DNA of 37,528 bases, from contig CAJINV010000004.1 of the NCBI GenBank assembly GCA_905178155.1, positions 9,055,431 through 9,092,958 on the forward strand, in the 5' to 3' direction. The notes under the pieces were generated by a model, which was not told where the DNA came from, made no database searches, and saw nothing but the letters and a program-made list of their open reading frames with translations. Both the position numbers and the translations under genes were made by a program. Below are positions 1 through 11,300 of this stretch, piece by piece (positions within the stretch are counted from its first letter, which is position 1; every line of letters starts with the position of its first letter). Origin of the DNA: Amoebophrya sp. A120. Taxonomy: Eukaryota; Protista; Dinoflagellata.

Positions 1-146
1 CAATTCCCGGTTTGCAATTCCCGGTTTGCAATTCCCGGTTTGCAATTCTCGGTTTGCAATTCTCGGTTTGCAATTCTCGGTTTCCAATTCTCGGTTTCCG
101 GTTTCCGGTTTCCAATTCTCGGCTCTCGGTTTCCAATTCTCGGTTT
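1..146. repeat. Tandem minisatellite, 14-bp unit CAATTC(C/T)CGGTTT(G/C) with 7-bp subunits, degenerating rightwards
   Basis: About 8 full units plus partial CGGTTTC units read directly; runs off the window start. Confidence 0.9.
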
Positions 147-294
147 TTTACGCCCTGGCCAAAGCTTAACTTGATAGTCCTTCTTTCTTGCGTGATAAAT
201 TTTCTTTCAGATTTTCGATCAGCTCCTCAAGGCTATTGATTCAAGGCAAGTTTCAACATTCTGCTAAGATCTCGCTCAGCGTTACCAAGAACCC

Positions 295-1323
295 ATGAAT
301 GTAAGAAAAAACTCTCGCAGCCGCAAAATCGACATCTACCGTGGCGACGACCCGTTTATCAAGGGCCGGGAACACCTTTGGATCGCGGAGAACCAGTCTC
401 ACGCTTTGGAGCACGAAACCACCAAGCGAAAAAAGAAGCTCCTGAACGGCAACAACTGGCAGCGGCACTGGGGGCGCGTGCCGTCGAAGACGCGACGGCC
501 GGCGCCCAGGTATTGTGAGGAAAAATCCTCCCTCCCCATATCGAAAAGGCGTGCTTTTCAAAATTTGCGATGCTGATTTGTGGCCACAAATCGAGTCCGT
601 CTTGATGCAAGAGAGCAAAGCCATGGCTTCCGCTGCAGTTCGCGGGCGATTTGTTATGCTGCTACGCTACTAGGGCAGACATCTGCTATCCTAGGCGCCT
701 ACCCAAGCCACCCCTTTCCGGGCTTTGTATCTGTCTGTAGTTCTCCACCGCAAGACAAATCCGATTTGTGTACACAAATCCTGCATCACAGATTTCCACC
801 TCGATATGGGGAGGGGGGATTTTTCCTGTTGATACCAGGCTCATCATGAACATGAAGTACACCGACGTCATCAACCTGACCATATGGATTGCGAAAATGT
901 CTGGGTCTGGAAGAGTGCAATTTGTCATGCTAAATCCGAATCATGCAAAAATCTGTGGTGCATGAGTGCCAAAAGCTGGCCACTTTCGACCAAGTTGGGA
1001 GGGAGTTTCTCATGCAGGAGAGGCATGAAAGGACCTCACAGACTCTGTCACGCTAGGTCCCGCACTCCAGACCGCAAGAGTCATGGAAGACCTGCGTGAC
1101 AAGTTCACACTCTTCCACACCCAGACAGTTTTGCTTTCCATAGACCAGAAAGGACACCAACATCTTTTTTCCGATGGGCACTGCGAAAAAACACGAGGAC
1201 TCCACGGACTCCCAAATGTTCGCTTCGGGAAAACGGTGCCATTCCCGCGAGGGCAGGGACCTCGGCGACGACACGAAGGGCGGCGCGAAAGTCCGGTCGC
1301 AGAGCGAGTTTGCGGTAGAATAG
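295..1323 (+). CDS. Hypothetical basic protein, 144 aa, 3 exons (295-510, 840-882, 1148-1323)
   Basis: Removing the introners at 511 and 883, each with one 5-bp DR, gives a continuous ORF MNVRKNSR...PAPR|LIMNMKYTDVINLT|RKDTNIFF...EFAVE*. Confidence 0.75.
511..834. mobile_element. Introner, family D (TIR ...GAAAAATCC(C/T)CCCTCCCCATATCG)
   Basis: DR CCAGG at 506-510 and 835-839; TIRs; also readable as GT-AG intron 510-838. Confidence 0.9.
883..1142. mobile_element. Introner, family A (TIR ...AAATGTCTGGGTCTGGAAG)
   Basis: DR GACCA; ~35-bp TIR TATGGA..GC.AAA.TGTCTGGGT.TGGAAGAGTG. Confidence 0.92.
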
Positions 1324-1427
1324 TGATTTGTTTCATTTTCAAGGGGGAAGGAATAATGATAATAGAAAAAAGATTGTATACTGTTACTGATTTATTTGTC
1401 AACATGCATGGAGGGTCAGGGTGGACC

Positions 1428-1940
1428 TCAACAACAATTCGCTCCTTTGACGTGTGCGTGCGTCTTCGCATAGGTGTCTCTTGATATTTTTGTACGGCTG
1501 TGAAACGAGCCCAAATTATGAAATCCATTACAACAATTCCAGGACGACTCGAAACTGGTTCCGTGGGACATTTCGCAGCCACGAGACTGGAACGACACGA
1601 AAAAGGACGTGATGCGTGCGACCGGGTCCACATACGTTTCCTCCGGGGTCGACAACTCCAACCGCACCACTCGGACGCCTATGCAAGAACGCAAAAGCTT
1701 CGCACGACAACTGTGCAAATTGCATTTAACAAATGTTTTTCGCTCAAACGAAAAGTTGTCATGCTGTGTCAGGCATCGTCATCAAAAGGGGTCCTACTCC
1801 TACCATGCACTGTGGCAATTTCGTTTTCGGTTTGTTACACAACAAGTTGTGCGATGCTTTTGCCCAGGATGACGGAGTTTCGGGAGACGCAGTCCGACTT
1901 TTCAAAGTCCATGTCCAACTTTCGGAAAACAATGTAGAAG
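1428..1940 (-). CDS. Probable 3' part of a small minus-strand gene (exons ~1940-1864 and 1678-1428); upstream exons unresolved
   Basis: GC-AG intron 1863-1679 joins ...MDFEKSDCVSRNSVILG|VRVVRLELSTPEE...ANCC* in frame; acceptor-like TTTCACAG upstream. Confidence 0.4.
1679..1863 (-). other. Putative GC-AG intron containing a degenerate introner-like inverted repeat
   Basis: GCAAAAGC(T/A)TCGCAC inverted pair at ~1691 and ~1863; internal TGTCATGC motif. Confidence 0.45.
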
Positions 1941-3184
1941 CTGTGAAAGAGATCGAGGGGCTTTCATTCTTCTTTCTGCCCAGAAGTCACTTATTTTCGG
2001 AGCTTGTTTTGCATGTATTCTGTTTCTGTTTAGCATAAGCATTTTTGTCGGGCTCGGGGGGAGCTATTTCAACCTTGTATCAAATTTGACCTGTTTAAGA
2101 TCTCAATTTTATGTATCCTATCTTCATCAACGTTTCTAGTTTCTCTCAGCACCAGCTTACACATACAATAAATTTTCACAGATGATTCAATAACAAGTTT
2201 TCGCAAATTTTTTTCGCAGGTTTATACCATTTCCATTTGTTTGCCACTTTACTACCAGGGATGCGGAGAAACTACTACAGTAGGTTTCAACTGTATCCAT
2301 TCCGTGTTTATGGTTGATTACGCAAGAAACACGACAGATTTATTTCAAAGAAACTAAAAACGACATTCTGTTCAGATTTTTGGGCGAGGAAAAGAGAAAT
2401 CCCTTTCTCCTGTACACAACAAGAACATTTCTTTGCGGCCGGGTCGCACGCTCGTTGTATACCTCCAGACCGACGCTCCTGTACACTAGGCTTGTCTACT
2501 TGTAGACGAGGGTTCATTGGGTTTCCTAACGTGCACAAATTTTTGAGAAGAGCAGCCCGCTGCAAAAAGTTCCATCAGCACACTGTCTTTCTTTTGGTGA
2601 CGGGCGACGGATTGGCCGCAACAGTTCCGGTCTACTGTCGTTACGGTGTTCGTTTTTGTGTTGTCAACAGTATGTTGGAAATGGTCTAGTAGATGTTGAA
2701 AATTGTAGTTTCGATCACAACATCGACCTCCTGCAGGCAGAAATTCAAAAATGCCAGCGCTTGTGCGGCTCCAAGATGTCAAACGCAATTTTCTGAACTT
2801 TTCTGGTGGCGGCAGTGCTAGTAGTGCCGTTTGTGCCTGAGATGAAACAAGAATTTTGAACAACTTCTACTTTTTATATTGTTTTATTTCACAGACACAG
2901 GGTGGACGTTGTGTGCGGATATGGATTTAGTAAAATTTTTAGTGTGGTCGCTGTCTAGTCTGGTAAAAGTTAAGATTTGGATCGTGTGCCGGGAAGAAAT
3001 TTCGTGCAGTGTGTCCGAAGTGCACACCTACACGACAAACTACTTTAGACGAAACTGCTGTGTACTACTACTACTAAAGCTAAAGTAAGTATGCAGTAGA
3101 AGGATTTTTGTCGTCTCAACGACCTCTCCATCATGTCGTGACACTGTAGGGATCCAGTAATAGGTTTTTACAGCAGGGATCAGC

Positions 3185-6100
3185 ATGGCCATGCCGATGT
3201 CTACCACTTCCAGACACTGCAGCATGGCGGGGTCGTTCTCAGTGCAAGAACGTGTGGGGAGGACCTCGAGTGCTTTTTCAACATCCCTTCTGGCGACATC
3301 ACAACTGCTACTCTTCGCTTTCTCTCTCTACAGCCTCATCCCCAGCACGAGCGATGTCCTCGTTGCCGCCCTGTCCTCCGAGGAGTTGCAAAACGTCGCC
3401 TGCGACCTGCAGAGCTTCATCGTCGAGGAGCCCGCGACGAAAGCACACCTACTGGAAGTGCTCTCCCAATGGGACGCGCACGCGGAAATGCAAGTGTTGG
3501 TCTTCAACGGCCACTTTGCCACGGGGAAGACGTACATCAGCAACATACTCGCGAAAGCGTTGGAGAACATCGACGTCGGTGGCGGAAATGTCGACCTGGA
3601 AACAAAATTCGGGGCCGGCGGTGCGACGCTGGACAGTAGCTCCAGCGGGGGAGCTGGAGGGGCAAACGACGGCGCGGACCACCTGAACGGCAGGGGAGCA
3701 ACATCTTCAGGGGCCTCTAGCAAAACTTCCAGCAATGGAGATCATAGTGGAAATAAAGCAGCTGCTACACCCACGAACATCATGTCCACCACGGCGCAGA
3801 CCGCCTCGACGTCCTCCTCTCACGTTGCGATTTTCGTGACCGAGGACAGTTTTATCTCCTCCGAGCAGTTTTATCTGAAAATCGATGACATTCTGAACAC
3901 GGGCGCCGGGGATCGCATGAAGATCATCGTGTTTGACGACCTTCCCTGTTGGCGGGAGACGGAAAGGATAACTCGCGTGTTGACCAGGTGCATGCAGTTC
4001 AGCAACAAGTGCCGGGGCACACTGTTCGTGATCACCAGCAACGACGGCTGGTGTGCGGACGACTACTGCAACCGAAATAGCGATCTAGATAGGCAATTTG
4101 ACGACCTGACAGAGACTTTCACCGGAAATCTGAAGCAACTGTTAACTTCTAGCAGTAGTGGTGGATCTGCAAGAGTAGACCACGGGGAGGCCACATCGAC
4201 ACAACACGCTGCGTCGGTCGCCACGACACGCACCCAAGATCTAGTGCGCACAAGGTGTCGTGACGTACCGCAAATGCCGGAGAGGTTGCGGAAGCTGTTC
4301 GCTTCAGCGAAGAGAGGAACAAACTCTGATAAATCATCTTCCACCGGCGACATTTCTGAAATGCAACTTTTTGCCGCCACGGAGAGCTTGCAGTCCTGCG
4401 CGCTCCCGGGAATTTCGTTATCCCGGGAAGAGTGTGAATACCGGGGATGCTGCTGTGTAAACGAGGATATCGAATGCAAATCTGTCTGGGTCTGGAAGGA
4501 TGCGAACTTGTGATGCGCATTTCACATGACTCAAAAATCTGTCATGCATGGAAGCCAAAAGCTGCAGTGCACATTTCTGGCCACCGAAAGAAGGGCCTTG
4601 CCATGCGGGTTACGCATTAAGAGACCTTCTGAAAACCTGTGATGCTGGGGCGTGCATGGTAGCCCTTCTGGGTCATGCCAAAGCTGCATCACAAACCTCT
4701 GCATCCTTGCAGACCCAGACATTTTTACTCTTGATAGAGGAGCTTGACCAGGACCACCTTCACGGAGCTGGTTCATCAGGCACGGATGCCGATTCTACAG
4801 GCAGTGCCAGCAGTGTCAAAAATGGTAAAAACAATATGAAAAACAACAGACATCACTCTCAACAGCAGATCGACGCTATCCCACAGAAAAAAGCTGGCAG
4901 GGCATTTTTGTAATGCGAAAATAAATACACAGAAAAGTCTGTCATGGGCGGCCTCATAGCATGCTGTTTAGGATACGCAATACAGATTTTTCTCTGTATT
5001 TATTTTTGCATTACAAATGTGACCTGCCAGCTTTTTTCTGTGGGATAGAGGCCAACCGGTGCGACTTTTGCGGGTTGGAAAAATCCTCGGAGGTGACCCA
5101 GGCCCACCTCCGAACCGCCTCCGCAGCCCGGTCCGGTCGCTACATTGCGAAGGGCTTGTCGGAGTTCCCCCACTTCGTTGTGCTCGGCGCGAATGGGATG
5201 ATTTTTCAGCAGGAAGCGTGGGACCACTGGGGCAAACTCGCGGAGCGGATGCTGATCCAGAGCTTTCTCGAGGACGATTTGCCGCGGTTGCTTTCCTCCC
5301 AAATGGACCACGCGAAACGGAACTACAACTTGAATCTCGAAATTTTGGTCAACTGGGACGTGGACTACCCCCGGGAATTCGCGAAGGCGGGCATCGAGGA
5401 GGTGGTCGCGGGCGAGGCGCCGCGGAATTTGCGAACCAGCATCAAGAAGCTCGTCCGCGGCGACGTCAAGTCCCAGTGCCTCGGTGGGGTGTGCTTTTTA
5501 CTGAAAACGAAGATCCAACAACTGCTGATGCGGCAGGAGCAGCTGTACGCAGCGAAAAAGGAGAAGAACGGAGGTTCAACTGTATCCTATGTAAAAACGC
5601 GCCCACACCATAGTCAAGATGGGGAATCGGCTAGACAAATCCACAAGTTTTGGCTGTTTTGCATGACAAATTTGGATTCGTGGTGTAGTGCTGTTTGAGC
5701 TAGCTCAGCAGCATCACAGATCTAGCATACCATTCTGATTGGAGCATGACAAATCGCAAAACACGATTGGAAAATGCTTCTCATGGGGCTCCGCATCAGA
5801 AACATTTTTAGCATGCAGATTTGCATTACAACTATGGGGTGGGGGCGTTGTTAAATAGGATAACCTGTCTCCGCCCCCCGCCGCGCCGCGAAGTCCGCCT
5901 GGAACACGCTGTCGGGCACGCCGACCGGGGAGAAAATTGCCCTGGCGGTCTTTCTATGCACTGCAAAAATGTCTGGGTCTGGAAGGATGGAACTTGTAAT
6001 GCTAATTCTGGATTGTGCAAAAATCTGTGTTGCATGAATGCCAAAAGTTGTCCACTTTTGACCAAGTTGAGAGGAAGTGTCTCATGCAGGATAGGCATGA

Positions 6101-7681
6101 TAGGAGTCTCACAGAATCTGTCATGCTAGGGCCTGCATTCCAGACGATATAGTTCATGCACAATCTGCATGACGAGTCTCACAATCTTCCAGACCCAGAC
6201 ATTTTTGCATTTGATACTTTCTCGCGCCGACGGAAACCAACCCGGCGCAGGTGGCGGCGCTGTCGCTCCGGGCGGAGGTCAAGTCGGACACGATGGAGAA
6301 CAAACACGTGGTGGACGTGCAGAAATTCGTCGGGGACGGCTTGGGTTTTCACCTCAGACAGCTGTTTCACTGGGGCTTCGCGGATTTAATAACACTGCTC
6401 GTGAGGAAAAGAAGACCGGAGGTCGCGCTGAACGTGTTGGCGGGCGGTGGAACTACATCAGACGGTTCGTCATCATCATCCTCTTCCGTTGTTGATCCTG
6501 GTACCAATGGTGTAGTACCTCCGGAGCAAGGAACAGCCGCCAACTTTCGACCCACTTCGCTGCCCCAGATGCTGAAGCACGACGGCAAGCTGCTCCGGGA
6601 GCAAATTGAGGAGATCGAAAAAAGCTGGACTTCGGACTGTCCACACCTCCGGTTGTACGACGTGAAGGTGATGCTCCCAACGAGTCTGCCCGCGGAGTGC
6701 TCGGCGGACGAACGAACTGCTAGTGGGTCAAGATATGCATTGCAAATTTGTCTGGGTCTGGAAAGAATGGGATTTGTGATGCTAACTGACGACGATAGAA
6801 AAAGCTGTATTGCGTGAGCAGCAAAAGGCGTTAAATTTTTGCCACCCGGAGAGGGTATTAGTTTCTCATGCGGAATAGGCATTAGCAAGGCTTTGCAAGA
6901 ACTGTGATGCTAAAGCATGCATTACAGGCATCGCGGGTCATGTACAATTGTGCATGACAAACTCCTCGAATCTTGCAGACCCAGACATATTTGCACTCGA
7001 TACAAGAATAAATTCGGCAATGAATGAGCAGTACCGGATTCTCTCCCCGCAGTGTCACTTCGGGAACAAGGACGAGCATTTTTGCGGGCAAAACTATGCA
7101 TTGCAAAAGTATCCTCCTAGTATAAATCGCAATACAAATTTTTCCAGAAGGAAAAATGGAATTTTTAATGCTGATTTCGCTAAGCAACAAGAATTGTCAT
7201 GCATGATTGCAATTAGTACTACGAGTGCGGTACTTTTGCACAGGATAAAAACCACGGGACGACAATTAAGCGGAACCCCTTCTACGGCTCCATTCTGGTG
7301 CAGTTTCGCGGGCACCCGATTTGGAAGGTGCACAAATGGTTGACGAGGTCGGAGCGGGAACGGGACTGCGACAACTACGTCGCGGACAAATGGATCTACG
7401 TGAAGCAGGTCCTGGTCGTCCCGGAATGGCGACACACCATGTCCGCTGCGGTTGGGGACGAAGTGTCGGCAGGAGCTTCGTCGCAGCAGCACGCCGTCAA
7501 AGCGCCGGAGATCGCGTCGGAAAGTAAGCTCGGGTGTTTGAAGGAAAGGGGTCCTCGTGGGCACGATCAGGGGGGAATGGGAGGTGGTAGTGGTGCTGGT
7601 GGTGGATCAATGCACGGTACTCCCGCATCTTCAGAAAGTAAATCTTCATCTCACACTGGAGGTGCAAGAACAGAACTTTAG
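3185..7681 (+). CDS. Torsin-like AAA+/P-loop ATPase with an N-terminal hydrophobic segment and long C-terminal extension, ~1020 aa, 7 exons
   Basis: Six introners removed give one ORF of 3063 nt. Walker A VLVFNGHFATGKTYISNILAKAL, Walker B-like IIVFDD, sensor-1-like LFVITSNDG (compare torsin LSLHGWTGTGKNF, IFIFDE, FIFLSNAG). Confidence 0.7.
4468..4736. mobile_element. Introner, family A
   Basis: DR GAGGA; TATC...GATA; frame restored on removal. Confidence 0.92.
4877..5047. mobile_element. Introner, family G (TIR TATCCCACAGAAAAAAGCTGGCAGG, near-total hairpin)
   Basis: DR GACGC/GAGGC; 25-bp perfect TIR extending imperfectly to ~65 bp. Confidence 0.9.
5583..5862. mobile_element. Introner, family C (TIR ...AAAAACG.CCCCAC.CC)
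   Basis: DR AACTG/ACCTG; homologous to 26088; reverse of 12174 and 24646. Confidence 0.9.
5955..6216. mobile_element. Introner, family A
   Basis: DR CTTTC; internal similarity to the 883 copy. Confidence 0.92.
6734..7002. mobile_element. Introner, family A
   Basis: DR CAAGA; TATG...GATA. Confidence 0.92.
7095..7247. mobile_element. Introner, family B (short; TIR ...TGCAAAAGTA)
   Basis: DR AAAAC; frame restored. Confidence 0.9.
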
Positions 7682-8331
7682 GAACCAGCACGAGCTGATG
7701 TCGATGTCCACAACATCATCCTGATTTGATTTTGCAATGAAGCGACAGAATGTGACAAAGCAAATTTTTCAACGAAAAAACAGAAACATCGAATGGCATA
7801 GCTGAGCTTGTGCTTTTCTACATTCGGTCATGGCCAATGGTTGTGGACTTGAAATATGGGAATTAATATTAAAGTTCCCGAATTTGGAACGCTTTCGTAA
7901 ACGCAGTTTCTCCACTGCGGCTTCGTATGTATCGTGCTTTCTAATTATGATCTGATGTGTCCAGTATGCTGGATTTTGAGAGCTGCATGAGAGTCGTTTC
8001 GGTCTTGCTAGCACATCCATAGAGCTGCAAGCACTTGTACTTAACTCGTTAAGCGAGCAGGAGTGAAGATGCCGTGATTGTCGAAAGCAATTCGTATGTG
8101 TCGTAGTCGCTTCCTTCCTTGTCGTTTTGCTGCTGCATGGGATAAGTACTCGACGCTCGTACGTTCGATAACAGTGTGAGTCTTCTACTTCTTTTTCATC
8201 GGAAGTTCCGAAGATCGCGACCGTTATGGCTCGGTCCTTGCTTTTGTTTGAGGCTTCAAGTTCAACATTAGAAAGCATAAAGCGAATCTTGTTGGTCTTC
8301 TTGATGCAGCTTCTAAAAATATTTCAAAGAA

Positions 8332-11300
8332 ATGATCGTCTCCAAACACCACACACCCGCTGACGTGCGGCGCATTTTGTTCCAGGAAACGCCGGAATTG
8401 CGCACGCAACCACGGGAATTTTTCAACATCACCGGGAAAGCTTTTCTCCGCATTCGGGAGGAAAAGGACATCGGTTTCGTCTTCGGCCAGACCATCGAAG
8501 ACTCCTTGCCGCACCACGAAACAGTATGAGCTGCAAAAGTATCGTACTAGTAGTAATTGCAGTACAAATTAGCTCAGCATCACAAATGGAATTTGTCATG
8601 CTGTTTTACCTTGGGATGGAGATTTGTAATGCATGATCGGGATTACTTTTGCACAGGATAAACAGAAGACATCGACGACATCAAGTACCGCCTACTCCTC
8701 CTCTCTTCCCGGTCCCGACGCCAAGCACTCCGGTCGCAGCTAGAGGGCTCCGGGCTGGCCGAAGCGTTTGAAAAGGCGAGCTTGATTGCGGGGGGATCTG
8801 GGATCATGCCGTTGTTTTCCTCGCCGCCAGTGGCCGGGACGAAGAACATTGAACAGGAACATCTTCAAGACTTGAACACAGAAGATGATGACACCCCAAG
8901 AAAAGACGATGCTGCGCAAGGGCGACAGCAGGCCGAAGATGAAGTGGACTCGGTACAAGATAGCGGCGCGACACAAGTTGACAAAATGATAAATTCCGCT
9001 GCGGTGAAGAAAAAGAGCCGGCTGTCTCTGATGAAGCGCGGTCGGGCAAGTGGCATCGGAGTGAGCGGTTTGGAGCAGTACTACAACAGCAGTAGTTCAT
9101 CACCTGGCGTACTTTTGGTCGGCAACAGCCCAGCCTCGAGCTCCACGTCGCCCGTGATGAACAAGAAAATGATGGTGAAAACAAGCGCGCGAAGCTCGGT
9201 TTCTAGTGCAGGCGCGACGTCAACCCGGAGGCCGCTAGCAGGATCTACTTCAGACGCCGGGCACTACCAGGGCACGAAGTTTTTGTACTTTCCGGAAAAG
9301 CGGCGCGCGTCTGGAACTACAACTGGTCCTCGCGCATCGAGGAAGAGCGGGACGACCACGACTCCAGTAGCTGCCACAAAGAACACGAGAAACTCCGCAC
9401 GGTCTTCCCAAGTGACCGGAATGAATCGTCCGAACGGCCGCGGCGCTCCGAAGGCGAAAGCTCAGCGGCCACTGACACTCGCGGAGAAGCAGCGGCAGCT
9501 GGCTCGGGAGGAGGCAGTGAGGGTGAAAATGATGGGCACCATGCTTGGCGGGCTGCGGGGCGCGGAACTTCTAGGGAACGCTGACAATCCTGCTCTACGG
9601 TATGATGTTGACCAAGACAACGAAGTGAGTGACAGGACCGGCCCTCCGGGGTCAACATCTCCTCCAGGAAACAACAACAACAAAAACACCACTCAGCGCC
9701 AGCGCCGCACTATTACCCGCGAGGAAAAGGAGGAGCAACTACGGCAGAGCAACCTGGTCAAAAATACGAACAAGTTCTCCGACGGGCTCGCAGGCACGAG
9801 TTTGGAGTTCAATACGAGTTATAATCGCGAAGTAGATGTTGGAGCCGCTGCTGCAAGGTCGAGGAGTCAGGCTTTCACGACGTCGTCAAAAGGACCAGCA
9901 AACCAGCTGAAGTCTCAATTGGCGAAGCACATTCACGTTGCGTCTCTACCAGATTTTAAAGTGTACTTCTGCCACGAGTGCGTGATGAAACACGACGACG
10001 CGAAGTTGCGAAACGTGCTGGAGAGGGCGTTTCATCAAGGAAAGGTAGATGTTTTTTTTTAGGTAGAAATTCTGTGATGCTGTAAATCTTTGAGAGGTGC
10101 TTTTTCTTTTTGTCATGCCCATGAGTGCAATCGCGCTTGAGATTGTCAGGAATATAAAGCAAGTCATCAAAAAATCAGATTGATTTGCAAACCGATGCCG
10201 CGTGCAACCAGGACTGCATTCAGTGCCGCAAGCTTCTGAACACGAAAGCGGTCGTCGACTCCGTCTTTCCATCGGAGTTGAAGGACTGCCTCACGTCGGC
10301 AGACGCTTTCAACGAGTGGATCCGGCAAAACCGGAACAAAGCCAGCTCCTCCCACACGGGGAACCTGCTCGGCCCCGATGTCTACACCGCCTCGGCGTTT
10401 TTGCAGCACCACAGGAAGTCCGCGCGGTTGGGGGACAAACTTCTCGGCGGGTGGCGACACCGGGAGGACACGTTGCAACTGACCACCGCGACGGGGAACG
10501 ATGGGCAGCCGGTGTCCGTCGTGATGAGCACGCACGACCGAGAGTTCAGCACCGGGCACGGAAACAACCCGAACAACACCGCCGGCGCGATGCACGCCAC
10601 CGGGGCAGCCCGGTCCAACGTGACCACCCGGTATCACCCGCATTTGTCGGTGCAGCGGTCGGCGGCGGAAGCCTACGACATGGCCAAAGCAGTGTTGGCG
10701 AACGACGAGCCGTACTTTGGCGAAGGTGAGAACGAAAGGGGGGTGTTTGATCAGCAGCAAGGGCAAGGGGCGGTCGTACTAGGGGCAAGAACTGCAGCTG
10801 CCGGAGGTGATGCATCTGGACCTACACATCAACAAGCAGAGCGCGTGTACCTCTTGAACCTGAACCCGCAGACCTGGGTTTCCCGCGCACCGGACTTTTT
10901 GGTAGAAATACTCGCCAAGGACAAGAAGCTCGGGCAGGGAAAATACCTCCCGAACGTGACCCACTTGAAAACGGCGGGCAGGACGCCGGAGGAGGTGCAC
11001 ATGTGCAACTTCCGGGTCGCGGAGAAGACGGTGAACGAGGTGGAACTTCTGTGCTCTGTATGAGAGTGACTCCCCCTCCCCCGGATTTGTCATGCAAAAC
11101 CCCAAATGCAAGAGCTTACCTTTGGCACTGTTTGCATGACAGATTCCGGAAGCCCAAACAGTACTACACTAGGCGCATGAATTTGTCATGCACAAGCTCC
11201 GCGTGTGCTGGTGTTTGTATTGCTGTCCATGCAATACAAATGAGGGGGAGGGGGGGTTGTGCACTCTCATACTCTGCGCAGATGTTCGACAGAGCGTCCA

